Assembly: GCF_024521635.1 (NCBI RefSeq)
Contig: NW_026250413.1
Span: forward strand, 868,001-932,000
Origin: Tricharina praecox
Taxonomy: Eukaryota
DNA: 64,000 nt
Direction: 5' to 3'
This document shows positions 49,512-62,200 of the stretch, one piece after another. The position numbers and the translations under genes were made by a program. The notes below the pieces were generated by a model, which was given only the letters and a program-made list of their open reading frames with translations, had not been told where the DNA came from and did no database searches. How positions within the stretch are numbered: the first letter of the stretch is position 1; the number at the start of each line of letters is the position of its first letter.

Positions 49512-51647
49512 ATGGCTTCTCCTCCCCGTGTAGCAACTCCTTCGTCCCCGTCGACTACTGCTCGCAGCGCTCCCTCCTCAGCTCCCATCTCTCCCTTTAT
49601 TATGCCTTCTACCGTGCCTCAACCATCTAAGAACGTATCACTGCCGTCGACAGTATTCGTACCACCCAATACAGGGCATCACACCATGCACATCACAGTG
49701 GGGAAATGTATCAGGCCGCCAAGCAAGACCGTCTGTGATTGCGTCAACGGAACTTGCGTCACCGGGCCTAGTCCAAGCGAGGTTCGTTGTGAAGGTTGCG
49801 ACCATCTGATGTCCCAGCATGAAGCCTATGGTAAGGACGTTGATTCCACTATTTTCCGAAACATGTTGACAGAGCACCAGTTTCTTCACCCTCCGCCGAC
49901 CCTGCAGAGCCTATCGGTGCTGCTGGCGGAAGGTTGTTCAAACAAGGATTTTCAGTTGGAGACTACACGCTCAGGGAGGAGACGGTGCGTAAGCTCTTCG
50001 AGCTTGTCATAGTGCAGAGGGTCGTACACTTGCGGGGAACTCCCACTTGTGGGAAGACAATTCTGTCAAGGCTCTTGTACACGCATGTCGAGGAAGTTCG
50101 TCTGGACTATGCCGTCGTCTACGTGACGTGGCAAACGCTCAACAGCCCTTCACGTCGAGGACAAGGCTGGCGGGAGTTTCTTTGCAGCCACTCAATGGGT
50201 CGCATACAACTCACGATTTCTGGAACAGAAAGAATGTCATCTACATTATCGACGAGGCTCAGTTAAGCTACAAGGATGAGTTATTCTGGATGGAGTGTAT
50301 CAAAACACATAAGGGGAGGACGGTCGGTCCACACTTCGCCCTTTTCTCTTCATTCGGGTCCGCGTCCAGAACCGTTCTGGAAATCGAGGGGTCGGCACTG
50401 GTAGACTTGATGTTGAAACAATGTGTACCCCTCACACCACAGCCAGACTGGCCCCACGACATCACGCTCTGCTTCACAATCGAGGAGGTCAAGGACCTGT
50501 GTCAGAGGATTATTGGGCGACGTGGATTCACCGTTAATGTCGACGTTCTCGAGCATCTTTTCTTGCTGACCAATGGGCACCCCGGGTTGACCGGTGGACT
50601 CCTCCTTTCCTTACTCGATACAGAGGTAATTAACCCCTCTACTTTGTAAGTCTTGACGGTATTAATCGGTGTCATTGGCCAGGACATCCGCCGTGTGATT
50701 TTGGCAGGCGGGGACGTAACCCTTGCCCACGCATCGAAGCTATTCGACGACGATATGAAGCTGTTCGTCTGTGTGCAAGAACGGGTCGGGCGTTCGCTTC
50801 TGGATCCGGAGGTGTTCAAAGCTGAGACAAATTTGGACCTGAGAAACGCACTGAAACGTGCGGTTCAGCAACACGGCATAGCAGCTATCAGGCCGGAGGA
50901 CGATCCTGGACTCCAGAGGGCATATAAGTCGGGATACCTTCACGCAGCATACGTAGACCCGGACGATAGACGGACACTATATGCATTTCCGAGTCTCCTC
51001 CACCATCGGTAAGTAAACATAGTCATCCTTCTCTCCTATGCTTATCATCCTAAATCATACCAATTGATTAGGGCTGTGGAGAGGCTTCTGTTTCCGGACG
51101 ATGACGACGGCATTCATTTCGTCTCGCTAAAAGACTTATTTTTTGAGGCCATATGCCATTTCTCACCAACTGCACTCACTTCACACAAGCACAAGTTAAA
51201 CCGAATCCCCGGGGCGACCCAGCCGGAGGCCCCGTACGCGTATGAGTTGTATAGATGTCTTTACCAGGTGACCAGGGGGAAATCCATCGTTCACAGCGAG
51301 TATTCGTACACCGTTGCCGGCCGGATCGATTTCTTTCTAAAGGGTAGGAAATGGGGTATTGAAGTCTTGAAGGACGGAGACCGACTGTCGGAACACATCA
51401 ATCGTCTTGATCCTGAAAACACCTGTGGCTCTTGGAGCATGGTATCGGAACGCATTCTTCTCAATTTTTGCACCTCTTACCCGAAAGTGAAACGAGGTAA
51501 TAACACTCGTCGCCCCAAAGATTTCCTCCTGCTAATAGCACTTCGTTAGACGTTCCACAGTTATTCCACGTGATCTTCAGCACGGCTTATGACGAGTGCC
51601 ATGTGTTGGATAGTGCGCATAATGTCGTCGCCGTGTGGTCCCGTTAA
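49512..51647 (+). pseudogene. Cys/His-rich module + P-loop NTPase + PD-(D/E)xK nuclease-like protein (Crinkler-type NTPase-REase), probably frameshifted
   Basis: GTPTCGKT Walker A, IYIIDEAQ Walker B, LTNGHPG, E-x-P-Y-x-x-E and GRIDFFLKGRKWGIEVL. Four GT-AG introns. Frame change near 50200 with no visible intron. Confidence 0.75.
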
Positions 51648-51943
51648 TGCCTGACCCCACCCCACCCCCTTCCCGCGCGCGCAACGACGTGGATATAGTA
51701 GATAGCAGTATGGTCAACGAGCATGGGACGGATAATTGGAATGTCGTGTGAGGGCCCGTAGAGGGTAGATGTAGTTGAGGGTCTCACGACTGATGGGATG
51801 GTTGATTATTTCTTTTTTTGTCTCTTCATGTTACAGCTATGTGCTTAGCTTCTTCTTGTTTCCGAGTGGTGAGCTCACTCTTGTGACGACTGAGCAGAGT
51901 CTTGTAACTTCAGCTTGTTTATGATACAACAGTCAAATGGATT

Positions 51944-52290
51944 ACCACACCTTACGAGCTTGTCCGCTCAGATCTCTGTGGGCCCTTCTCCACGAAGTCA
52001 GTCGGAGACGGCACCTACTTCATCCTGTGCATCGATGACTATACACACAACACCGACGTCTACATATAGTACATACTGAGCAACAAGACGTCCAACACCT
52101 GCACCTTGGCTTTTCAACTGTTCCAGGCCAAGGTCGACACAATGGGGCACCACATCAAGAGGTTCCGATGCGACAACGGTACCGGTGAATACAACAACCG
52201 GAACTTCCAGAGCATACAGGCGGCGAGAGGTATCCGGTACGAGCCGGCACCACCATACACGCAGCACAAAAACGGCATTGCAGTGCGCTT
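51944..52290 (+). mobile_element. Ty1/Copia integrase core fragment
   Basis: ELVRSDLCGP, YFILCIDDYT, RFRCDNGTGEY, PPYTQHKNGIA. Confidence 0.9.
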
Positions 52291-52636
52291 GGAGTCAACT
52301 TTCAAGTATCATGGCCCCAGCCTTCTCGGTGAGAGTACCACTCATGCACTCTCCAATGCCTTTTTATGCTGTGTGTATGATGGTACAGGCTTGTATCAGA
52401 CGCCACTCGCCAACAGTTTGCTCCGGAAGTTCCGGTTGTTGTATTCGCCGGTACCGTTTTTGCAGCGGAACCTGTGGGTGTTGTACTCCGTGTTGGAGAC
52501 TCTGGCCGGGAACTGTTGGAACTTGGAAGGCCGAGGTGTAGGTGTCGGATGTCGGTGTTGCGCGTATAGGCGTCGACGTACCTACACGGTGAAGTATCTA
52601 GATACCGTCCTCGTGGAGAATAGCCCACAGAGATCA
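52290..52636 (-). mobile_element. Second, more decayed Copia integrase fragment in inverted orientation
   Basis: Reverse complement contains GATCTCTGTGGGC..TTCTCCACGA and AACGGTACCGG.GAATACAACAACCGGAACTTCC, shared with the + copy. Confidence 0.85.
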
Positions 52637-55635
52637 AGGCAGAGGGGGCGGGAGCTGGAGTTTCCGCGGTGCGGAAGTTCGGAGATCGTTCGAAGAGGGG
52701 ACGCGGTAGAGAGAGAGAGAGGTTTTGAAGGACAGGAGCAGGAGTCTCAATGGTGTAGGTATTGGCTATCTGACTTTACAGAGAAGAGATGCGAAAGAAC
52801 GGCCCGGGGCAACTTAAGTGGTTTATATAGGTATATAGGAGAGCCCGTAGAGGCATACAACTTCCCGACATAAGTCTTCCATGATCCATCGACCTATGTC
52901 GCTCTGCCCTGCTCGAAATGCTTTAGGTTATCGTGATACCTACTTCGATCGCTCGCCTGAAAACATGGCCGGCTCAAATACTTAATTTTACTTCCGAGTT
53001 AAGTCATTCGAGGGGTGAGAATTCCTATTACGGAGTTGTTTTTTCCCGCCGTGTTAGTTAGCATACCTACTCCAGATAGAGATGTTCATACGGTATCACT
53101 CGTCGGACGAGTTATATTATGTGACTCACAGCATTCACCAAGCACTTTAGGACATTCAAACCTCACAGCGTAGAGCACTACTAACCAGTATGTGCAGGCG
53201 AGCATTCACCATCGGTGTTCCGCGAAGCGACGGGCTGATGACTACACAAAACCGCCCGTCGGCGGGCTAATCCAGACGGCCCAAACACTGCAGCGCCAGT
53301 ACCGGTAGGATGTAGGTACTAGGTGGTGAGCTTATAATGGGCCTAGATATAATGGGCTGTTTTTTTGAAGCGTCCGGGCCACAGTTTACTCTACGCTAGT
53401 GGTTAAGTAAGTACTTCACACCTCCACGTTAGTCACAGACCAGCGCTTGATCCACCAGCTAGCTTGCTGGTGGGCTACATATAGGTGGGCAGTGTAGCTG
53501 ATTCACCGATTAGACCGTAACTAGGGAGACACCGAATGCTATATGTATACCCTCTGTGGGCCTGTGGCCGTATGTTGATTTATCCCGCTAGCTAGCAACG
53601 AAGGACACCCAGCTTGACAGCTCGGGATTCGCCGCCGCAATGGAGCCACCACCATCCACGCAGTGGGAGAGTCAAGCGGGTTTCATGCTCGGACGTGACG
53701 CGAGTATACCTAGTAGACATCATATGACTGTTTCCGATCGTTATGGGCCGACAATCATAGAAGTAGATATACAGTACTCGTGGTTAGGGACCTACGGTAC
53801 CCACCGTGCGATCTTGACACAACCACGGGCCCGGTTGGCGTCTATTACCTTAAAAATACCACCAAAGGTACCTAGATACCGGTACCTACCGGTACCTAGC
53901 GGTAGACAGTTCGGGGCATGAGCGGCGAGCGCTATCGATACCTAGTTAGCCCGAACACTTTATGTAAGTAAGTACAGATGCCCTCGACTCGAGTGAAACA
54001 AAGGACCAGATTCAAAGGATAACTAACGACCAGTATCCGGGAGTTGACCGATGGAATGGAGAGAAGCCTTGATCAGTGCGGCACCGCATTTCGCTCGTCG
54101 ATTCTCCCAATCGCGCATGATGGCCAGATGCAGCCGCCAACCGGTGACAAGTGGGCTTACTTGATTGGCAGTGCGACACAGTTACACGACAGTTGCCGCG
54201 GTGGGGGTTGCGTTGTGGCCGCGTAGCCAGCTGCGATACAGGTAACAGGTTTTTATCCGTGTGGTCCGGTGGAGTGTGTAGTCAGCTACGGGTTTGCAGC
54301 AAATTTCGTTTGTCGATGCGAATAGGAACGATGGGAGCCTTCGATCCTCTCTCGTTCCGTACGGAGGGGCGTGGAGGCAGAGGCGGCTTGGTGGCATCGG
54401 TGGGCGCCGAAGAGAGGAGGCCTCATTGAGATCTGGTGGGACCCGATCCATGCCCGATTCGGCCATTCAACGTTTATCTGTCTCTGGAGTCTGTTGTCAT
54501 CTTCTGTCTGCCTGTATCAGATCATCACCGTGTATCATCATCACTACCTTTCAACTTTTTCTCGAATTGATCCCCTTTTTGAGCCTTCACCCGTTTTTGG
54601 GTCTCTCAGTGCCGTACAGTCCGAGTTCGTCCCCACCGTATCCGTCGCTCTCGTTGCTCTCCTCCCCTCTCCCCCCACCATTTCGTGTGTGAATGAATAC
54701 ATATCATACCTATAGATACAAAAAAATTGCCACTGTCGCAGGACCGGCCGTTGCTCTGATTCGTTCGTCCCGTTGCCGTACATATGCACAAGTATGATGA
54801 CGAAACCTTGTCCACGCTCGAGATCGGATTGCCGCCATAAACGAGGAAATACCTGTATACCTGTAGTCAGCAATTTTTTTTCTTCGTCCGGAATAACATG
54901 TAGGTGGTGCTTCGCATCGCACTTGTTTCTTGACGATAAGTTAGAGTCTGGGGGTTCCCCACCCCCCTCCCCCGCACGATCCTCGCTACGGCCCGCGCGA
55001 AGGACTAAAGTGCGGTTTTGAAGTGACGGGTAACCACTAACGCTCCCTGGTGGATTCCGACTCGAGCTGTTGTTGTATGGTATGATATGAATCTACATGA
55101 GGCGGCAGAGGCCGGCGACAGGCAACAAACGGAAGGGGTTCACCGAAATCAAGCGAACAGGTTGTTTCCGCCGATTCTGGTCGAGTTGACCGGCAACTTC
55201 GCTCGGCACCTTTCCCGTTGGAGGTGGTCAATCGGCGGTGTTAGCTTGGTCCGTCCCTACTGCACCACATGCCCGCATAAAGACGAATGTTGGGGTCGAG
55301 TGGGTGCGTGAAAACCAATTGCAGATGGCCAGTAGGTACGAGCTTTTTGTAATGGAATTCTGCGTACCGCCCGTGATCTACTGACCCCGCCCCGCCCACA
55401 CTTGGGATGCATTGAAAACGTTGAACCAGCAGGCTGCCTTCCGCTAGATTCTCTGTCCCGCTGCTCGTCTCTCCCTACCAGAAAAACGACCGTTACAACT
55501 CCTCCCTCTACCTCTACCTCTACCTCCTCCCCATCCCCCTCCCCCCCTCAGTAAGTTCGACAAAATCCGATCTTACTTCCCTACACCTTCTCCCCTCTAC
55601 ATCACCTAATACGACAACCCCCCACCCCCAGCATT

Positions 55636-57532
55636 ATGACTGTCATCGATGAGGAAACCCCCGAAGGTCGTGGTACCGAGCGTACTACCATGGCCATCAA
55701 AATCTCCGAGACCCCGGAGATCCAATCCAATGAATCGGTGGCCCCTTTCGCTCGAGACGACCTGGAGCTGAGAGCTGTGACGACCTTGCTCGCCGGGCTC
55801 AATGCCGTGGACCGCCCAGAGGAAACGGCCGACGAGGACCCCCACGACAGCATGAAGTTCCTGCAACGCTTTCAGCTTAGACATCTGATTGCCATTTCAT
55901 CTCTTCTCGCTCGCGATGGCGAGGTCGTTGCGTGCATCCCCAAGATTACCGGCCCCGGTCTGGAGATATTCATCACCGCTACCGTCTCGGCCCAAGTGCA
56001 ATCCTCGGGGACCGATACTAACCCTTCGTACTCCAAGCCTACCGTCAAATTGATTTCGGAGGACGCCATCAAGATCAAGGACTGCGATGACGTGTGCACT
56101 TTCATCGTCAATAATTGGATCCTCGGATTCGAAGGCCATGCTCGGGTCGTCGCCAAACTCGTGAACGACTGCATCGAGGTTGGAGCCAAGTCCTCGGACG
56201 CCTGGAAGAAGTTGAGTCGCTACTGTGTGGCCCAGAGCTCGCCGAAGCTGGCCAAATGCTTTGCCTCCAAGTATCTAAACATCTTCATCGAAGCCCTCCA
56301 CGAATCGAACCGCGAGCCCGAATCGGCCCTGGTGATCCCGGCCATGAGCTCGAACGACTGCGGCTACATCAAGGTCATGATGAAGAAACTGCGACTGTTC
56401 AAGGCCTCCGAGTACCCCGAGTTGACGCAGGCCTTCGAGAAGACCCAGGGTAATTCTCGCCAGATCACCCCAGCGATGCTGCCTGAGATCAGTCTCCTCT
56501 TCAGGTGCCTGATGAACGAGCTCTGCAAAGCTTCCCACAAGGTGGCGGCAATGCGTGTGGCCCCGGCTTTGCCTTCGTTGGTTGCATTCACCAAATCTGT
56601 TAAAAAGCTCTGGCATCTCCTTCGCTACCTGGAATACCTGGTCACCTACAGCAATTTCTTCAGATGGTTCATCACCGAGCACCTCGAGAAGGCGATCGAG
56701 AAGGCGAGCCTCAACCACAAGCCGGAAGCCGGAGATGTCGCCAAGGAGACCGTCAATCTGGAAACCATTGCTAGATTCAGGGAGAAGTTCAGCTCGGCCG
56801 TCAGCGAGCCAGCCTGGGAGGTTATGAAGTGGTTGCGTCTCGTCACCTCCAACATCCACAGCGCTTGCATGTTCTACAAGTCTCAGTCTCTGGGCATGAC
56901 CGCTGGAATCGACCGCAAGATCAAGTTCAAGATCCTGCAGATGTCCCCGCCGTCGGCTGGTATCAAGGACTGGAAGGAAATGGTGAAGAACTTGTACTCG
57001 ACTGACGAGGAACGAGAGCGCGTGATCAAGTTCCTGGATGGAAAGACCTTTACCAATGACTGGAAGTTCACCGGAGGCATGCACTCTGCCGCGATCCTGT
57101 GGTGCCTCAGCACGCTAGCCATCAGCGAAGTGAGCTCTGTACGTATATCAATCCTGCCTTTATGACCTTCGCTGACAATATATCTAGACGACTATCATCC
57201 CGCAGTCAGTGATCAGCGAGTTCTACGACGTCCATAATCTGATCGCTCCCTCCCGTCAATGCTGTCCGGTCTGTGTCGCGATCTGCCACGAAGTCAACAC
57301 CTATGCCGCCATTCCCGTCAACGCCATCGAGACACACTTCAAGATTACGCCCTGCACGTTTCCGCAGGGTCTTCCCGAGGAGGCAAGAGCCAATGTTCTC
57401 AAGCACTTCAAAGGTGTCCTCAAGACTGCCCTTCAGGATGTGGCTAAGGGTGTCGAGAGCACTGAGGCGGACCTTCAGGATGTGACCAAAGGTGTCGAGA
57501 GCCTTGAGGTGGAGGAAACAAAGGCTGAGTGA
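55636..57532 (+). CDS. Fungal protein with C-terminal OTT_1508-like deaminase-fold domain (1 intron ending 57187)
   Basis: N-terminal SSLLARDGEVVAC. C-terminal FTGGMHSAAIL and IAPSRQCCPVC. 42-bp (14-aa) tandem duplication at 57431-57502. Confidence 0.7.
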
Positions 57533-58175
57533 TTGGCTGGTAATGGTGCACATGTGAATAGTTCGGTTTTCTTCGCCGACTGGTACTTCTTCAGCATTTC
57601 CTAGGGACGGAGTCATTTTTCTCTTGATGTTTTTGGTGGCGCTGGTGTCATGTTTTTTTTTTGTTTTTTTTTCTTTCATATGAATTGTAGGTACTTTGTG
57701 TCCGCATGGACGAATGGGATGGAGCTTCGGGAGCTGGGATTAACATGTACGTACTGTAGATACGTACGGTTGTGACTTGTAATTGATGGACGAATGAACG
57801 GACGAGGTCGCCACTTTGCGTGAATGCTCAGCCGCCACAAAGGACGTCGGCTGCTGACATGATATGATACGGAAGCCAGATTTCAACGGACCGGAGCGGC
57901 CGAGGGCATTCCGCAGGTACATGGACCTGCACAGGTCCGAGTGCTCGCTCGTGCAATGCACTAACACTTCCCGAAGCGGAGATCTAAGCTCGACGGGGAC
58001 AAGCCAGCAAATGCTTACTCCTGTAACCTAGCAAGCTGCTAGCATACATATAAGAAAGCTTGAGAGCGGCAGAGCTCGCTCGCTCGATATCTCACCTCAC
58101 CGTTCCAGTCCCTCGCTCGCTCAATTTTTTTACCCCGACCCCACACCCCACCACACCGCACCGCACACCGCAAAA

Positions 58176-59229
58176 ATGACGATCCCCGAGCACCCGCTGC
58201 CAAACGCCGCGGACATCAAGATGATAGTCTCGGACGTCGACGGTACTGCCTCGCTGCCTCCCCCCGCTCTCTCCTGCTCCCCAACTAACCCGTCGCAGGC
58301 ACGCTCCTGGACTCGCACCACGCCCTCCCGACGACCTCACCGACGTACCAAGTCCTCCGTCGTATCCGCGCCGAGTTCCCGGACCTGCCGATAATCATCA
58401 GCACAGGCAAGCAGCACCGGTCTACATCGGAGCTGCGCTCGCAGCTGCAGCTCGAGGGGGTGTTCCCTTCCTGCCACCTGAATGGCAACGTGCTGTACGA
58501 TGCTTCGGGTACCGTTATTGCCGAGAGCGGGTTGGACGTTGAGGTTGTGTTGAGGGTGATCAAAGAGATGCGCGAGCTGGGGACGAGTACGTTTGTTTAT
58601 GATCATGCGACGGTTTACCAGCTGGGATATGCGCGCGGGGAGTGGGGGGTGGGAGGGGAGGAGGGGGATGGGGAGGAGGGCTGTCAATGGGCAAGGATTC
58701 TGAGGGGGTATGGTGAGGATGTGGTCTGTGTGCCCCCCCACGAGGTCGACGCCGCGCTGGACAGGATCAGGAACGGAGAGTTGAGGGTCGTCAAGATGGC
58801 GGTATGTCAGGAGCCGGAGACGATTGACAGTTTGTCCCCCCGCCCTTCCCTCTCCCCCGCTTACCCCGCCACCACTAACCCCCCCTTCTAGTCCCGAAAA
58901 CGCACCTCCTGTCGACCTTCCCCCCCACCGCCTTCGCGCCCACCCAAGCACTGCCGTTCTGCTGCGAGCTGATCCCGGCAGCGCACAACAAGGGGACAGC
59001 ACTGATGCAGTGCCTGAAGTACATGAACGGGCGGGGCTACGACATTGCGCGCGAGAACGTGATCACGTTTGGCGATGGCGAGAACGACGTCAGCATGTTC
59101 CGCGTCGCTGGTATGAGTGTGGCTATGGGGAACGCCATGGAAGCGGCCAGGAAGGAGGCGAGGTATCAGACTACTAGTAATGATGATGGCGGCGTGGGGA
59201 GGTTTTTGGAGAGGGTTTTTTGGGGGTAG
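58176..59229 (+). CDS. HAD-superfamily Cof-type (IIB) hydrolase (2 introns)
   Basis: SDVDGTLL, ISTGK, HLNGNV, HNKG, FGDGENDVSMF, VAMGNA, SNDDGGV. Confidence 0.93.
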
Positions 59230-62200
59230 GGGGGCGATACTGGGTAGATGGGTAGATGATAGAACATAGATCTGGTCAGTCGTAGATACCTAGACTACAG
59301 TACTAGATAGAGTAGACTCGCATAGACGCGGATTGGGAATGATGGAGTATTTGGGTAGACGGTTTCAACGCGTACGGCTTCATACCGCACATGTGCTATT
59401 GTGTCGTGTCGAATCTCGATTGCAGGAGCGTGGGTGTAGGTAAGCGCGCGGCGACGGACGGTGGTGACACGATGGATATTGTATATGGACAGGACAGGAC
59501 GCAGGCACCGGGTTTGATGGACAGAAACGGCGACAGATCGGTATCACAGTATCACGGTGATATAACAGGGTGTTGTGGCATCACAACACACCACTCCAAC
59601 CACCACTTTTCACGAGCACAAGTCAAAGTCAAAGTCAATCGGAATCATCATCAATTCACCATCTACCTCTCCCACTCCACCCGGGCACATCCTCATCCCC
59701 ATCCACAACCACGCACAACACCTCGGTCCTAGAAGCAACCTTTCCACACATGTCAGCGCCAACTCTGGACAAATTTCAAGACAAAGACAGCAGTAAGAGT
59801 ATGGTAAGAATGGAAGATCAGAAGAGTTTATAAGGTAGCGGTGGTTTTTCATCAGCGCCGCACACCCGCAGAAAGCGAGTGCGCGACTAAAGCCAAATGC
59901 CTGCGAATCATCATCGAGGTATGGGGGGCATATTTTCGGTGTTCGGTGCTTGGTGCTTGGTGTTGAAGAGGGGGGGAGAAACGTACCTGGTGTTTTCCGT
60001 GCGCGGGTGGAAGAGATGCGGTTGATGGGATGGTGAGATGGTTGGGTTGGTGAGGAAGGCGGGAGGGACGGGAGGGACGGGGGTTTTGTGTGAGCTGTCG
60101 GCGAAAAGTTTTTTTTTTTTGGTTTGGGAGGGAGGGGCTTGGCGGTGGGGTGGGTTAGGGGAGGGAGGGCAGGGTGGGGGGGGAGGCACGTGATATTTTG
60201 GGTTTCGTTTTCGTTGTCTAGGCGACGGGCGGATGGTTAGCAGGTGGCGCTGGTATCAAACACGACAAACACGACAAAAACGACGAGAGCCGCGTACGTG
60301 CACGCGGACATGGACGCGGACGTGGAAACGGGAGGGCACAGAGAGCACAGAGAGCACAGAGAGCACAGAGATGTCCGAAGCGGAGATGCGCCCGGCCGAT
60401 CAGGAGGCGGCAGGCGGGAGGTTGGAATGTTCCCCCTCCCCTCCCCCCTGTGTCGCACTGTCGCACTGTCGCGGGTGGAGTGGTGTAGAGTGGTGTTTCG
60501 AACTTTCGATACTCTAGATAGATAAGGCATGGCATGCACCGAGCGCTCGTCGCTCGTCGCTCGAGGACGGGTCGGGTCTCTGCCGCCGCCGTCTTCTCCA
60601 TCGCCATCGCCGTCGCCGCATCCGGCGTTTCTCTGTACTCTATGCAGAGCATCTCCGCATTCCCTCCAGCACCAACAGAGCCCAAACAAAGACGTCACAC
60701 CTCTTCCGTCCATGCCCTGCCCCCCGTCCCCCCCCGCCCCCCCGCCGCACCCCCGTCCATCCGATCTTTTGCTTCAGGTCAGGACCGGGCGCCCGCGCCC
60801 GCGCCCCCCCCCCCCAGCGCCGCGCCGCGTCGCGTCGTGTCGGGCGGCGGGAACTAAGGCAGAGTCCGGCCCCCGGGGTGGGTGCGGTGGGATGGGGTGC
60901 ATCGGGGTCTGTGCGTAAGCAGGTACGCAGGCACAGGCACACACGCACCGCACGCACCGCACGGATGGTGGGTAAACCATGGTGGGTTGGGTTGGCGTCT
61001 GCAGCTTCATCATGATCATCCATCGTACCTACCGTGCGGGCGAGGGATGTTGGGGCAAGAAACTTGGAACTGGAACTGGGAGGGCCGGGGAGGGGAGGGG
61101 AGGGCTTGGTTGAGATGATCTCGGGGTTGTCGTATGAGGAGGAGGTGGATGAGGTGGTGGTGAGGAACGGGCGCTGGGATGGTGCGTGCTGTTTGGGAGG
61201 TGAGGTCGGGTCTGGTCAGGCTCTGCAAGGGATATCGCTAGAGAGTACTGAGATGGAAGAGGCCGAGTGTACTAGGTAATAGTTGAGTGGGGCTGTGAAT
61301 CCGGTGGGCGATTTCATGCTCAGACGCAGTGGTGATGATGGTGAGACTGGCCTTGTGCTGAAGGATCCGGGGCATCTAGCGATCTCTCCGGCCCAGTCAG
61401 AATCAGGCCTCAGAAGAACAGGCAGACTTCGGACGAAAGAACACTCGATCCGGATGCGTCTTCGACTCGTTGCCGGCGAGATGCCACAGATGCCACGAGT
61501 GAGCAGACATGATGGTGTGTTTCTAGCCTGTCTGTCCCCTCCCCCTCAGATTTAGTGCGACCCAGCGACATCCACGTTTTCCGGGTAGGGCGACCGACGC
61601 ACCACTGGTCGGGATGTCGGTTGTCGTCGTGAGACTGATTGGGACGTGAAGGGTTTCAAGCACGGAGCAGAAAGGACCACTCTCAAACGGCATCGCCGAG
61701 TCTGAGGTTCGAACAGAGCTCGAGCTCGAGCTCGAAGCAAGTGCATGGGCTGTGCTCTCTGATCGCCTCGGGATCTTCGCCGTTGCTGCCGTAGACACGC
61801 CGCTAACTAACAGTCGACGTGCGCACTCACCACCACCACCGCCACTGTCGCTCCACGGATTCGTCAGGCCTCTCTGACGGCGAGTAGAATACCGTAGTAG
61901 TTGAGCATCAATCGCGACCCAGAGCGCTGACTCGGCGCTACGGACTGTTCGTTCGTCATTCGCGTGGGTGCACTTGTGGTACGGCTGCACGTCTTACTCG
62001 ACTACTGCACCTGGCAAGGACTTCATTCGCCTGAGACGAGCACTCGCCCAGTCTTGTCCGGATCCGCGTGTTTCGTGCTACGCTGAGAACTCTCGCCAAT
62101 AACAACCAGCCGCTCTGCTCCCCATCGCCCTCCTCCTGCTGCAACGATCCTCCCCCCCCCAGATCTGTCCCAACCACTCGCTCAACCCATCATCAAACCC

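Noticed and set aside
53218..53275. GC-rich hairpin-like motifs resembling a Helitron 3' end
   Set aside because: Followed by CTAC rather than CTRR, imperfect stem, and no 5' TC end or Rep/Hel sequence identified.
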